A DNA stretch of 64,000 nt from Nitrosopumilus sp. (GCA_965218785.1 OZ244650.1:1280001-1344000), one strand, 5' to 3'. Numbered from the stretch's first letter, positions 28,160 to 55,066 are shown. Numbers and translations: made by a program. Notes: generated from the letters alone by a model not told the origin.

Positions 28160-29523
28160 GCAGCATCTCATCCCAGGAGATAAGACAGGAGTTTCTTAAA
28201 AGCAAGATGGGTATTGCCGGAATTGTGATTCTGACGGCCCTGGTGGCAACATCAGTTGCCGCCGTCGTTTTGATTCCGGTTGAAACGTTTCAGGAATGGA
28301 ACAATCCTGGAAACTGGATATCATATCCAAAGACTGCAATTCCGGCATGGGTGAATCTCTTTATGATAGAAAAGATTCCAGAACATAAAATTTTAGCAGT
28401 ACCGGAGATACGGACAGATACGCAGGACGGAGTCATGCTGAAATCACATCATTTTGGATTGAACTACAATTACGATGACTTTCCAAACGATTTCATCTAC
28501 GAGTTTTCAGCAAAATACTCCAATTCCCCGCTGCTGCAAATGACTGTAATCAGGCCCGATGGGGTCAAGCTAGAGTTGCTATCAACCTCGCTTCCATTCT
28601 CAAACTCGCAGACCATCCATACTGAGAGGATCTTCTCCACGGATGCGGCAATAAAGAAAAACCTGGCAATGCAGGCAGGGGAATTCGGATTTGATTTTAA
28701 CAGGCTGCCAGTAGAGGATGTCATTTTTTCAAAGATGCAGGTAAACGAGCCGTTGAGGGGGGATTACATTTTTTCAGTAGACGTGTATTCGGTAAACTCC
28801 GAGGTACAGATACCCGAATCAAGGATGGTCATCGGAGGCAAGGCCTTTGGCGTGATGGGAACAGATGAACTGCGACGGGATCTGGCAGTCGGGCTGTTAT
28901 GGGGAACACCGCTTGCCCTGTTCATCGGCCTAGTCGTTGCAATTGCCTCGGTAATCATGGGACTGCTTTACGGGGTATATGCAGGATTCAAAGGCAAAAG
29001 GACAGACGAGACCATGATGCGCTTTAATGACGTGATCTATGCGCTGCCGGCACTTCCATTTCTAATCATACTCTCAGTGACAATTAGCAGCAGCATATTT
29101 CTGATGGCGGGTTTTTTGATGATCTTCGGCTGGGTGGGAATTGCAAAAGTATCAAGGAGCATGTCCCTTCAAATCAAGACCAGGGGCTATGTTGATGCTG
29201 CAAGAATGATGGGACAAAAGGACTCTAAAATAATCTTCAAGCACATACTGCCGCAGTTGCTGCCATACGCATTTGCCAGCATCGCAATATCGGTTCCGGC
29301 AGCCATCACCACGGAGGCAGGTCTCAGTTTTCTGGGGCTCGGGGATCCGTCATTTCCCACATGGGGTCAGATCCTGCACGATGCAAACACGTTTGGTGCG
29401 GCCGCAAGGGGGCTCTGGTGGTGGATAATGCCGCCAGGAGTGATGATTGCCATAACAGGTCTTGCGTTTGTTTTCATCGGAAACGCCTTGGATGCAATAG
29501 TAAATCCAAAACTCAAGAGATAG
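28156..29523 (+). CDS. dppC: Dipeptide/oligopeptide ABC permease (DppC/OppC type) with large extracellular loop
   Basis: GTDELRRD, YVDAAR..G, KHILPQ, EAGLSFLGLG and WWWIMPPG motifs; ATGA overlap with dppB. Confidence 0.93.
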   Translation: MSSISSQEIRQEFLKSKMGIAGIVILTALVATSVAAVVLIPVETFQEWNNPGNWISYPKTAIPAWVNLFMIEKIPEHKILAVPEIRTDTQDGVMLKSHHFGLNYNYDDFPNDFIYEFSAKYSNSPLLQMTVIRPDGVKLELLSTSLPFSNSQTIHTERIFSTDAAIKKNLAMQAGEFGFDFNRLPVEDVIFSKMQVNEPLRGDYIFSVDVYSVNSEVQIPESRMVIGGKAFGVMGTDELRRDLAVGLLWGTPLALFIGLVVAIASVIMGLLYGVYAGFKGKRTDETMMRFNDVIYALPALPFLIILSVTISSSIFLMAGFLMIFGWVGIAKVSRSMSLQIKTRGYVDAARMMGQKDSKIIFKHILPQLLPYAFASIAISVPAAITTEAGLSFLGLGDPSFPTWGQILHDANTFGAAARGLWWWIMPPGVMIAITGLAFVFIGNALDAIVNPKLKR

Positions 29524-29845
29524 CAGAGACTAGATCAAACTTTCGAATCAGTTCGATGGTCTTGTCATTTAGTTTTATGGAGTAGCATGACGAGTTTTTA
29601 TCATTGAATGCCGCCAGCTTGTTGGCAAACACCTTTTTGCTGTGGCCGTCTTCAGTTACCATGTCTGATTCGTCAAAACAGATGGGCATCTGTTTCATGT
29701 TCAGGTTGTTTTCCAAAAGAAAGGCAATGAATTTTTGATAGTTTTCAGTTTCAAACCAGTCAACACTTTTTTCCTTGCTTACTCCAATCCACACCTCAAT
29801 GGAGTTCTGGTATAGGACCTTTTTTCTTAATTCTTCTAATGCCAT
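29513..29845 (-). CDS. Conserved hypothetical protein
   Basis: 110-aa ORF in a tight minus-strand gene run. Confidence 0.7.
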   Translation of the reverse strand: MALEELRKKVLYQNSIEVWIGVSKEKSVDWFETENYQKFIAFLLENNLNMKQMPICFDESDMVTEDGHSKKVFANKLAAFNDKNSSCYSIKLNDKTIELIRKFDLVSAIS

Positions 29846-29856
29846 CTTTCCTTCAC

Positions 29857-30240
29857 TTAAAAATCAGCCCGCTGCACTTTTGAACCACATCGCGGACAGG
29901 TTCCTCCCTTGTGTTTGTTGTTACATACAAGGCAGACATAACGAACTGTAGAACCACCCTGTGATCTGATTCCAAAGAAGCCTCCGCCGCCACCGCCGTT
30001 GCCGCTGCTGCCACCGCTTCCAGAATCACCATAACCGCGCATGCGATTCATGTACTGTTTTCGCAGAATCAGCGGGAATGCAATGAAAATTGCCAGTGCG
30101 ACTCCCAGACCAAATGGGAATGGAAGTATCATCTGCAGACCAATACTGATTGCAAGGGATGCAAACAGGAAGATGATATATCTCTTATAATTTAGCAATT
30201 CACTGCAAGTTATCAAAAAAAGGTTATAAAGTTTTATCAT
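29857..30240 (-). CDS. Two-TM protein with Gly-rich linker and C-terminal zinc ribbon
   Basis: YVCLVC...CPRCGSK; start position uncertain. Confidence 0.8.
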   Translation of the reverse strand: MIKLYNLFLITCSELLNYKRYIIFLFASLAISIGLQMILPFPFGLGVALAIFIAFPLILRKQYMNRMRGYGDSGSGGSSGNGGGGGGFFGIRSQGGSTVRYVCLVCNNKHKGGTCPRCGSKVQRADF

Positions 30241-30255
30241 ATTTGTTTGAAAATA

Positions 30256-30663
30256 TCACGGATTTTGCACGATTAAAAGAGGAACTTGGTTCCCAGCACT
30301 ATCCCACGCAAAGATAGAGTCATCATGGTAGGGGGACTTTACAATCAGCGAGATTAGGCCAAAAAAGTTATGCAGGTCAGTAACGGATGGTTCTGCCGAG
30401 CCGCTAGGATGGGAATGGACGATTCCCACATAGCTCATATCAAAGGGCAGAAATGAATGTGGAAAGCCGGCAAACGTCGGTCCGGTTTCACTAAACGGTG
30501 GAATAACCAGGCCGTCAATCTTGATTTGTCCTTCTTTGGATTTTCCCTTTAGAATTAGAATTCCCTCATTTGGATGCTTCATCTGACAGAAAGACAGGAT
30601 GCTGTCAAGCACGTCCTTTTTTAATAGTACCTTGCGCTCGAATTTTTTCTTTTTGAAGATCAT
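30256..30663 (-). CDS. JAB1/MPN/Mov34 (JAMM) metalloprotease
   Basis: PNE...HSHPSGSAEPSVTD JAMM motif. Confidence 0.92.
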   Translation of the reverse strand: MIFKKKKFERKVLLKKDVLDSILSFCQMKHPNEGILILKGKSKEGQIKIDGLVIPPFSETGPTFAGFPHSFLPFDMSYVGIVHSHPSGSAEPSVTDLHNFFGLISLIVKSPYHDDSIFAWDSAGNQVPLLIVQNP

Positions 30664-30693
30664 ATAAATTCACCAATCACGAACCAATTTAAT

Positions 30694-31971
30694 TTAAGAC
30701 ATCAGTATGCTGTACCTTGTGTTTGAAAAACGCCTTAATTTCTTTTCAATCTCAGAGACGAGTTGCGGGATTTTCAAGTCAATTTCATCGATCTCGTCTT
30801 GAAAAGTTTTGGATTTGAGTTCCGAGTCGTCCCAAAGCAGGATGTTCTTTTGCAGTTCATTCTCCAGTGATTCAAGCTGGCCAGACGCAAGTGAGCTTAG
30901 TTCATCCTTCATTTTTTCATGTCTTTCTAGATATTCTGAGATCTGTTTTATAAAACCGTCAAGTGTCTCCTCGGTTTCTGTGAGATATGACATGGATTTG
31001 TCAACGTCCTTGACGGATATGGAGCCAGACAGGATTCCCTTCCGTACATTTTCCAGAATTATGATAATTGAATCCTTGTGTTGTGGGGCAATCACGTTGA
31101 AGGGATTTTTAACCAGCCGGCTCAGGAGGTTCTTCTGTTCTTTATCCAATGAGGAACCGTATTCATATCTGCTAAGGGGGCGGGAGATTTTTGTGAATTG
31201 CATGTCAATCTCGTTTTTTATCTTTGATTTTTGAGTGTCAAATTCGACGAGTCTGTCTTTTAGTTCGAGATATTTCTTGTAATCCTCTGAGGACTTTATT
31301 TCTGCAATCGAGTTTTTTATTGACGAGTTTTTTTCATCGAGTGATTTTTTGTTTCCTGTCAGGACTACGACCCTGCGGCTTTTTTCCATGTGTGCCTTCT
31401 GCAGGGTTGTAATCTGTCCGAGTCCTTCTAAAATCTCATCAGAGATCATTTTTTCAGAATCATAATTTTTTAGCAATTTATGAATCTCAGAGCGGTTTGA
31501 ATTCATCACCTCGAGATTGTTCTTTAGCTGGTTTGCGTATTTTTTTGCAAAAATATGAATGACCCGGGTCTGTCTTCCCAAAACATCGCCGAGTTTTTTA
31601 AGAATTTGGTTTAATGAGGAATCCAGTTTTTTTGCATCATTAATGGATGAGACTTTGGATAGATGTACGACTCCTTTTTGAATAACGTCAATTACCTGTT
31701 TTTTTCCTCGAACCACGATTATGGCAAGATGTTTGTCAATATCATCGACTTTAAGATCGTCTTTTTCAAGTACGTTTCCTATTTTTATTAAATCCTCAAT
31801 CAGGGGCTCGGTGCTGTCCCTAAGATGCCTTATCTCGGCAATAGTCCGGGATGCCCGTAGCTGGTCAAGGCTCTCAAGAATTTGCCGGATCTCACCTAGT
31901 CGGACCTCCTTGTTTTGCTGGATCTCCCCTGCCGGCTTTTCCTCCTGTTTTCTGCCCCAACCAAACACCAT
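30694..31971 (-). CDS. Long coiled-coil hypothetical protein
   Basis: 425 aa, heptad-rich, no ATPase motifs. Confidence 0.8.
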   Translation of the reverse strand: MVFGWGRKQEEKPAGEIQQNKEVRLGEIRQILESLDQLRASRTIAEIRHLRDSTEPLIEDLIKIGNVLEKDDLKVDDIDKHLAIIVVRGKKQVIDVIQKGVVHLSKVSSINDAKKLDSSLNQILKKLGDVLGRQTRVIHIFAKKYANQLKNNLEVMNSNRSEIHKLLKNYDSEKMISDEILEGLGQITTLQKAHMEKSRRVVVLTGNKKSLDEKNSSIKNSIAEIKSSEDYKKYLELKDRLVEFDTQKSKIKNEIDMQFTKISRPLSRYEYGSSLDKEQKNLLSRLVKNPFNVIAPQHKDSIIIILENVRKGILSGSISVKDVDKSMSYLTETEETLDGFIKQISEYLERHEKMKDELSSLASGQLESLENELQKNILLWDDSELKSKTFQDEIDEIDLKIPQLVSEIEKKLRRFSNTRYSILMS

Positions 31972-32048
31972 TTGATACTATTACTTTTTGGGGATTAAAA
32001 ATTGTTGTACGGCTAAAATTTAAAATCCGATGAATTTCATGATATGGC

Positions 32049-32516
32049 ATGATAAAAGCTGGAAAAAAGTCATTTCATACGGGTTTGGTCAAAAAAACAA
32101 TCAAAATCAAGGCATCAAGGGACATGGTTTGGAGGAGGATCAGCGATATTGCAGGGTTGCCGGCATGGGTGACTGGTGTAAAAAAGACGGTTTATCTTTC
32201 TAAAAAGAAGAGGAATGTGGGAGCAGTCAGACTAATCACGTTTGATGACGGGAATAAAATTGAGGAGCACGTCGTTGCATGGAAGGACAGGGAATACTTT
32301 ACGTATATTGCAACTGAAGGCCTGCCGCTAAGGGCGTATGTGGCGACGATCTCAATCAAGGTAAAATCGAGAAATACCGTAGAGTTGACATGGCAGTCCT
32401 ATCTTAACAGCAAAAAGATGTCTGAAAAACAGTTCCTGTTGTTTCTTGCATTCATGGGTTCGTTTTATGAGGCATCGCTTGAAAATCTCAGGGCGCTGCT
32501 AGAAAAACATGGCTAG
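32049..32516 (+). CDS. SRPBCC (polyketide cyclase 2/MxaD-like) protein
   Basis: I.AS.D.VW..ISD..GLP.W...VGAVR.ITF.DG..I.E pattern. Confidence 0.88.
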   Translation: MIKAGKKSFHTGLVKKTIKIKASRDMVWRRISDIAGLPAWVTGVKKTVYLSKKKRNVGAVRLITFDDGNKIEEHVVAWKDREYFTYIATEGLPLRAYVATISIKVKSRNTVELTWQSYLNSKKMSEKQFLLFLAFMGSFYEASLENLRALLEKHG

Positions 32517-32695
32517 TTCCAAGTTCCGATTGTGATCTATTCTGAATAAAATTATGCCGTAAAATTGAGTTTCCCGGTATTATGATCTAAAGCAGTGGGC
32601 CCCAGTCACCCAATGTACCACCAAAAACACAGTAGAACACCAACCCCGAATACTATGAAATGCCGGATTTAATTCATTGTGTGGGAGGATTTAAG

Positions 32696-33530
32696 ATGTC
32701 AAGTTCTCGGACTGTTAATGCCACATACGAAGCAAATGTGGCAAACTTTTCTTATACATATGTAAAAACAGCATTTGTACAGAACAGGCAGTATCAGCAG
32801 ATGCGGCAACAGTAGACCCGGTGTGGACTGATTCATCGAAGATCAGGGAAGTGGAATATGACATATGCTCAGAGTCAGATCGTATGAGCCGCAACATCGT
32901 CCATGAGGCAGAGCGCAGTGGCATGATTTCAAAAAATCCGACCGTTGTAATTGGCAAGGCAGTATTTCCAAGGTACGGCAAAAAAATCAAGGAGATGATG
33001 GTCTGATAAAATACAAGTGCCAGGTACCGCTACAGGAGAGGCATACCTCACGGCAAAGATTGTAGATGATGATGTCACATTAAACATCGCTACATCCCAT
33101 AGACAGGGGGGTTTAACCCAATTCATGCGTGAAATTCTCAAAGAATTCAAGAGGCAGGATCAAACTCAGGCAGGTCTGCTTGACTGAGTTTCAGTCACGT
33201 CATGCAGATCCTGAAGCGGTAGATGGCGTTTCTGATGTATGTAGTAAAGAGCTCGAATAAAAATGGCGATATCTGAACACTGCAGGGTTTGGCAATTTCA
33301 TATCCAAATGTCATGAAAAATGTTGCAGGAGAATATTGATTCGAGCTGATCATCGTCGTGTCAAAACACGGTATAAGGGAGAGGATGTCACAAAAGAATA
33401 CGACAATAGGTCTGTATTTGCGACAAATCATCCATGTTGATTTTCGTGTTGGTGTATCAACATAGTCTACTATAATCTGATGACTTGGATGGATGGTCAG
33501 GAATTGTAAAGAATGCATGTTGTTAGGTAA
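32696..33530 (+). pseudogene. Degraded ISH3-like (IS4 superfamily) transposase
   Basis: Pieces across frames: PTVVIGKAVFPRYGKK, GTATGEAYLTAKIVDDDVTLNIA, LLD-EF. These match the ISH3-type 'ID....PYY / GT...Y.T..IV / LLDREF' pattern. Confidence 0.6.
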
Positions 33531-33612
33531 TAACTGCAAGTTATTTTTCTAAATCATCATCATGCTCCTGTCTTAATTAACTAAAATGAGGATCAGACCC
33601 CGCACTCTAATT

Positions 33613-34374
33613 TCACATTGATTCGGTAATTACTTTCAATACACGCTGTGAAATTTCATCAAATGGTGGCGGTTCAATGGATAAAAAGGGTTGTAAATCA
33701 TTTTTCCAATCTTGTTCTTTTTCAGACAGTCTATCTTTTAGTAAACTAATATCAAAATCAACATTATACACAGATTTGATTTTTTCATGAACCATACCTT
33801 GATTTATTTTTACACCTTGCTCATTTAGATACCAAATATCATATACATGTCGTGGATGTTTTGTATAGGTTAACGCCCTGATTTTTTCAGCCATAATTTC
33901 TTCCAACATCATTGTTGGGATTTCAAATTTATTTTGAAAATGATCATAAAAATGTAAAACAGGTTTAACAGGATGTTCCATCATAACATCATCACGCAAA
34001 CTCAAATCTACTTTGATACTAGCATGTTGTCCATTAAACATGTCATATTTGACCTTGAATTTGATACTTTTTGGTCTTTTCTCTAAATCATATATTTCAG
34101 TAAAAGTCATATCTAAATTTTTTATTTCATTTTTTATAAAATTTATAAATTCATCAGAAACATCATTAGAACATGTAAAATCAAGATCTTCAGAAAATCT
34201 AAATTCTTTATAATAGATTTTCTTTAATGCAGTCCCACCTTTGAAAACCATGGAATCAAGGCTAGGAAAACGTGAAATGACTGAAAGTAGACTAGTTAAC
34301 GCATAATCTTTTTCTAGTATTCCCAAAGCTACACGGTATTTGCCTGCAAGTTTTTTTAATGTACTTTCATTCAT
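33613..34374 (-). CDS. abiEii: AbiEii/AbiGii nucleotidyltransferase toxin (type IV TA)
   Basis: LEKDY, FKGGTALKK.Y...RFSEDLDF, AEKIRAL and RHVYD motifs. Confidence 0.95.
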   Translation of the reverse strand: MNESTLKKLAGKYRVALGILEKDYALTSLLSVISRFPSLDSMVFKGGTALKKIYYKEFRFSEDLDFTCSNDVSDEFINFIKNEIKNLDMTFTEIYDLEKRPKSIKFKVKYDMFNGQHASIKVDLSLRDDVMMEHPVKPVLHFYDHFQNKFEIPTMMLEEIMAEKIRALTYTKHPRHVYDIWYLNEQGVKINQGMVHEKIKSVYNVDFDISLLKDRLSEKEQDWKNDLQPFLSIEPPPFDEISQRVLKVITESM

Positions 34375-35204
34375 TAGTAATCTCTCCAGTTCAATAATTC
34401 AGATTTAGTTCTATTGATTATCAAACCATATTCTTTAGAATATTCAATCTTGTTTTTGGTGGCATCTGGATCTAAATAATGATATGGATACCGCTGTAAA
34501 TTATCTGCAATTAATTTTGAAATATCACCTTCTATTTCAAGAATGCTTAGAAAATACCCTAGTCTTCGTAAAACTACGTTGACCTTTACCTTTTCTGCCA
34601 ATTCTAAAACATCTGTCCAATTGAGATTTTTTCTGACATTCCACATGGCCTTGATTACTTCAGTTATTCCGCCACAATACTTTGGATACATTAATCCATC
34701 AACGATTGTTTTTTCTTTTGTAGAAATGTTGAATTTTGTTTTATTTGTCTTTTCTTCAACAAATCCAAAAAACTTTTTTTCTGCAAGGGTGATAAATTGG
34801 AATTTCTGATCTCCAAACTCCAAGCTACTTTTCTTTTTTTGTTTTCTAGTTGCTACAAAAACAGTGTATGGGATTTGCTCGGTCATATCCCAATAATTCA
34901 TCGCGGTCCAAAAACCAACATAATATTCATCAACTAGATGAGGAACTACAGCCCAGGGTTCTTCAGCCCAATGTCTATTGACACCTGCCTTATCTGGGAT
35001 CAGCAGATATTTTCCTTTCTCGATTCTTTGGAGTCGTCTTTTTCGTACTAAATTCATGAGAATGTTCATTGCTGAAGAATTTGTTGTTTGAAGTATTTCT
35101 TTGGCATCTTTAGCAGTAAATACAGAAGTGCTCTTCTCAGCCAAAGTGAGTAAAAGTTTAGCCTCGTTTGGGCCTGAGCTTATATTTTGTATAACCATAA
35201 TCAC
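34374..35204 (-). CDS. abiEi: AbiEi antitoxin / transcriptional regulator
   Basis: N-terminal wHTH (RIEKGKY), YVGFWTAM.Y...TEQIP, EKTIVD and RRLGY; stop overlaps the toxin start. Confidence 0.93.
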   Translation of the reverse strand: MIMVIQNISSGPNEAKLLLTLAEKSTSVFTAKDAKEILQTTNSSAMNILMNLVRKRRLQRIEKGKYLLIPDKAGVNRHWAEEPWAVVPHLVDEYYVGFWTAMNYWDMTEQIPYTVFVATRKQKKKSSLEFGDQKFQFITLAEKKFFGFVEEKTNKTKFNISTKEKTIVDGLMYPKYCGGITEVIKAMWNVRKNLNWTDVLELAEKVKVNVVLRRLGYFLSILEIEGDISKLIADNLQRYPYHYLDPDATKNKIEYSKEYGLIINRTKSELLNWRDY

Positions 35205-35304
35205 ACTCTAGCTGATTATGGGCGTATTAAATATATATATTTCATATGATTATAAGTATGATGTCGCCTGATCTAAATTCCGGCCATGCCCTCCCCCCCC
35301 CCCC

Positions 35305-35560
35305 TCTGCGATGTTTTTTCCATGTGCCCTCCATCTGTACCATATCATGATTTGGATATCCTCCCCATTGACTGATCCCAGCGAATTTGTCCGCTTATCT
35401 TCCTGAATACGGCAGCATAACGGTGCGCGCTCATGCATTGTTTGTCGGATCCACCAGATACTGTAAAAACACAAACATGTTGGGGGTGAACCTGTCGAGT
35501 CTTTTTACCAATTTTACAATGTGCTCATCAGATACATTCTGGTATTTGTCCTGCATGCAT
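35305..35560 (-). pseudogene. IS66-family transposase C-terminal remnant
   Basis: MFVFLQYLVDPTNNA / RYAAVFRKISGQIR across a frameshift, matching the IS66 'TNN.AER.LR...RK.SG..R' motif. Confidence 0.7.
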
Positions 35561-35701
35561 AAATGTGGCCAGAGCACACTCTTGCTTAGATCATAATACT
35601 GGGAAACTCAAATTTACGGCATAATTTTATTTAGAATAGATCACAATCGGAGCATTTGAGTTTGGATCAAAGTGTAAATACCATAAATCATGGAATAAGA
35701 C

Positions 35702-36037
35702 ATGAGTGATACGAGATTCATCATAATCGGTGCCGCGTTAATCTTTGCAGGCATTATTACTCTTGGAGCGTTTGGACACGAGTACCATGCAGCAACCATA
35801 GAGTCAGATGAATTTGGAACGTGCTTAAAGTATTCAGATGGGAAAGAGCCTGTTGCAGTTGACTGTTCATTTAAGATATTTAATCAGGTTGCCTTCTTTG
35901 CACTAGTTATAGGACTGGTCGCCGCAGGGGCAATCGCACTAGTAAAGGGTTCCAGGGGGGACTGGGACAGCAAGGTGGGACCGGAGGATATGGCAGGGCC
36001 TGGCAGAAGGGAAGAAGAGAGCTCAGAGAAGGACTGA
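35702..36037 (+). CDS. Two-TM membrane protein
   Basis: Two hydrophobic helices around a loop with a Cys pair. Confidence 0.78.
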   Translation: MSDTRFIIIGAALIFAGIITLGAFGHEYHAATIESDEFGTCLKYSDGKEPVAVDCSFKIFNQVAFFALVIGLVAAGAIALVKGSRGDWDSKVGPEDMAGPGRREEESSEKD

Positions 36038-36601
36038 CATGTGTGTGTATGATGATCATCCATTTGCTTGCCTGAATGTTGGATTTGGCAGATTATTCAG
36101 AATTAGTAGTCCTAATCCGTCAATGTTGATTTCATCATCATTATTGGTTCTTCATAAATGAATCCTTTATGTTCTTCTTGGGTCTCTAATTCCAATTTTC
36201 TAAAAATCCTTTCTGTTTTCATCTTATTGCATGGCTAATTTAATATAACAATCTTTTTGCATGTTTGGATTCACCCTGGCACGTCTTTTAGACTCGATTC
36301 AAGTTATCTAATGAGATTGCAAGACAATGTACATTTAGAACAACGCCCATCCAAATACAAGTGTCTTCAAAATCAGGTTCATGACACCAACAAAAGATCT
36401 TTTTCAGGATTCAATGTCGTTTTAATGTTTATCAGAATACACACTTAAAATCAGAGTCATATTAAAAGTCTGAAGATGGTGATTGTACATCATACAGACA
36501 GGAATCCCATCACAGATCCTAGTCTCCAGGATAGATCCCAGACTGGTACCTGACGGCATACTGGTACGTTGATTATCTGATCAGTTGAACCAGACAGCCT
36601 G

Positions 36602-36781
36602 TTATCTGTTGAGAAATTCCTTAACTTTCCTGAGATTGGAAACATTTGACTCATGAAACAGGACCATGGATTCTGCCAAGGAGTTTGGCAGGATTGTTTT
36701 CATATTGGCCACCAGTTCATCGCCGCTAGTTATCATATCATCAATGAGTTTTTCGATCTCGTTTTTCTCCCCGTCCATCAT
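36602..36781 (-). CDS. 59-aa helical hypothetical protein (not in ORF track)
   Basis: MMDGEKNEIEKLIDDMITSGDELVANMKTILPNSLAESMVLFHESNVSNLRKVKEFLNR*, 19 bp downstream of the co-oriented Lrp-domain gene. Confidence 0.7.
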   Translation of the reverse strand: MMDGEKNEIEKLIDDMITSGDELVANMKTILPNSLAESMVLFHESNVSNLRKVKEFLNR

Positions 36782-36800
36782 GATCTGATAAGAGACGATC

Positions 36801-37034
36801 TTAATTATCCTTTTTTATGAGCGTGGCAGTGGAGCGGACCTTGTCGAGTTTCTGGATATTCCAAGAGATAATCTCCCGTATTTTTTCAAAGTTATCTGCC
36901 TGCAGTTTTACCAGCATATCATGGGTTCCAATCGTCTCAAAAACATCAGTCACCTGTTCGAGTTCCCTGAGTTTTGCAATGATGCCTTCTTCTGCACCCA
37001 GCTCACAGTTTAGCATGACATAAGCATCAGTCAT
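36801..37034 (-). CDS. Stand-alone Lrp/AsnC ligand-binding (RAM) domain protein
   Basis: AYVMLNCELG.E...G.HD.LVK...I..L..VRST.TLI pattern. Confidence 0.9.
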   Translation of the reverse strand: MTDAYVMLNCELGAEEGIIAKLRELEQVTDVFETIGTHDMLVKLQADNFEKIREIISWNIQKLDKVRSTATLIKKDN

Positions 37035-37087
37035 GAATTTACACGTAATCATGATTATTTAAATCTGGAGAATTTTATGCGTGCCAG

Positions 37088-37735
37088 CTACCAGGTCACA
37101 TGAACCAGATCTTTCAGGTTTCTTCTGGGTTTTGGAAATTTTGTTTGTTCCGGATAACCTATGCAGAGTACGGAGGATGGAACCAGATCCGTTCCAATGA
37201 CATCCATTACCTTTTGTTCATCAAACATGCCGATCCAAATCGAGCTTAATCCCAGCGCCTGGGCTGCAAGCTGGGAATAGCCGGCAGCCAGGGTAGCATC
37301 CTGAATGGCAAATTTTGTGAGGACGTATTCTGGAAAATCAAACTTGACCCTAGACGGGTTTTTACAAAAGACCAGTACGACCGGGGAATCAACATAAGGC
37401 TGGTTGTTGCATGCCTTGACCAAAAGCTTTTTCTTTTCTGGATTTTTGATATAAAAAATTTCAAACCCCTGATAGTTTCCCGCAGTAGGGGCAGTGTCTG
37501 CCGCTGCAATAATCTTGTCAATCTTTGTAGTTTCAACAGGTCTGTCTGAAAATTTTCTTGTAGAGCGTCTTTTTGCCATTACGGCAAACAAGTCAGTGTC
37601 AACAATTTCCGTGGGTCCGGATTTTAAGATAAAATCAAGCAGCTGGTTTCGCAGGTTGGGATCCGTTGAGTCGGGGGTCTCCTGCGGCTCATAGCCGCGC
37701 GGGTATATCTTCTCTCCGGCATTATTTGAATCCAT
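37088..37735 (-). CDS. Nitroreductase family protein
   Basis: RRSTRKF, APTAGNYQ, ALGLSSIWIG and IGYP motifs. Confidence 0.93.
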   Translation of the reverse strand: MDSNNAGEKIYPRGYEPQETPDSTDPNLRNQLLDFILKSGPTEIVDTDLFAVMAKRRSTRKFSDRPVETTKIDKIIAAADTAPTAGNYQGFEIFYIKNPEKKKLLVKACNNQPYVDSPVVLVFCKNPSRVKFDFPEYVLTKFAIQDATLAAGYSQLAAQALGLSSIWIGMFDEQKVMDVIGTDLVPSSVLCIGYPEQTKFPKPRRNLKDLVHVTW

Positions 37736-37782
37736 AAAGTAACTACAACAATATCCTATTAAAGAATTGTAAGCCGATGCCC

Positions 37783-37867
37783 GGGGTTAGTTGACGTTGT
37801 TTTCACTACTGTAACAAACGGTGTTTTGCGAAATTCTATCCCAAAAACATCTGATCGCAAAATCACG
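37783..37867 (-). repeat. Dispersed repeat, inverted partial copy C of the 14507/14973 family
   Basis: Reverse complement GTGATTTTGCGATCAGATGTTTTTGGGATAGAATTTCGCAAAACAC matches 15036-15081. Confidence 0.8.
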
Positions 37868-38074
37868 GCTGTAGAGCTCATTAGATATCTATGAATTATA
37901 AAATGCGTGATGAAAATATGCCCAGTCATAAAAGTTCGTCAGTAATACCCCATGCCTTTGATCTTTTATTTAGTGAGTTGCCATTCAATTGCTACTAGTT
38001 GTTGATGGCAGTTGGGGTTGTTTGTAAATGATCATCTGTCTTGGATAATAGTCATATCCTACAAAAATGCGTGT

Positions 38075-54199
<16,125 letters not shown>

Positions 54200-54517
54200 T
54201 TACAGATCATCCCACCCTAACATTCTCTAGTATCAATGGATCTGATATAAATCGACAAATGCACATGTTATAAAATATAGAATGTTGCCACATATATCAA
54301 AATTATGGTTGACTGCTTTCTAGAAACCACCAAAATTATCCATCTGTCGATCAGTGAACAGTTGGATCAATCAAAATTAGCATTATTATTTAGCATCCAT
54401 GATAATAGTAAACATAGACATGATTTGATTCGTGCATCCATGCTAAAAATGTGGGTTCCGCTGTTTTTACACCCAGACTCAAAACACATGTTTTCTGTAC
54501 GCCATCATACGAGTTGT

Positions 54518-55066
54518 TTATTTATTGTTCTCGATGAATTCCTTTAATTCTGCATATGGCATGTTTTTTGTATTGTCATAATTTACCGCGATATCCCCTT
54601 CTACCTTGTACATGCCATGTAAACTGTTAATCGGGTAATAGTTATCCCCCCAGATCAAATCAAGATCCCTAGTCAGGTACATTACAGCAGAGTCACCCAC
54701 ATCGTATTGGAGGGCGTCCCATTTCATGGTGATGCCCTTGTCCGTACCCCCCAACATGATAACAGATATCACTTTATCTGAGCTTCCCTTTAGAACATCG
54801 GTAACCAGTATTTTGTATGTGGTAAGTACGGGAGGTACGGATGATTCGGGCCACACGTCATGTCTGGCTTCGGATTTTTTCTCAGTTATGGTTCCCTGAA
54901 TAATCAACCCAGCACGTTGTATTCGGTCTTCATGGGTGGATGCAGCATACGATGCGTTTCCATGTGTGGTAACCTCGTTAGCTGCATAATATCCTGACAG
55001 GCTCGCCACAGCAAATAAAAGAAATGCCAATGCCGCAAATATGCCGTACGTCCTTTTCCGCATCAA
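54518..55066 (-). CDS. Secreted/membrane-anchored hypothetical protein (OB/TIMP-like beta domain)
   Basis: N-terminal TM segment; A.LIIQGTI...T.Y.I.V..VLKG....I.V...GG pattern. Confidence 0.75.
   Translation of the reverse strand: MMRKRTYGIFAALAFLLFAVASLSGYYAANEVTTHGNASYAASTHEDRIQRAGLIIQGTITEKKSEARHDVWPESSVPPVLTTYKILVTDVLKGSSDKVISVIMLGGTDKGITMKWDALQYDVGDSAVMYLTRDLDLIWGDNYYPINSLHGMYKVEGDIAVNYDNTKNMPYAELKEFIENNK

Larger units (their letters stand above)
32525..35651. mobile_element. 3.1-kb cassette bounded by 66-bp inverted repeats, carrying AbiE TA and transposase debris
   Basis: 32525-32590 vs reverse complement of 35586-35651: 3 mismatches in 66 bp. Confidence 0.8.

Noticed and set aside
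35293-35304. C12 homopolymer upstream of abiEi as a phase-variation switch
   Set aside because: It lies at the edge of the IS66 remnant, well upstream of the likely TATA box, with nothing linking it to expression.
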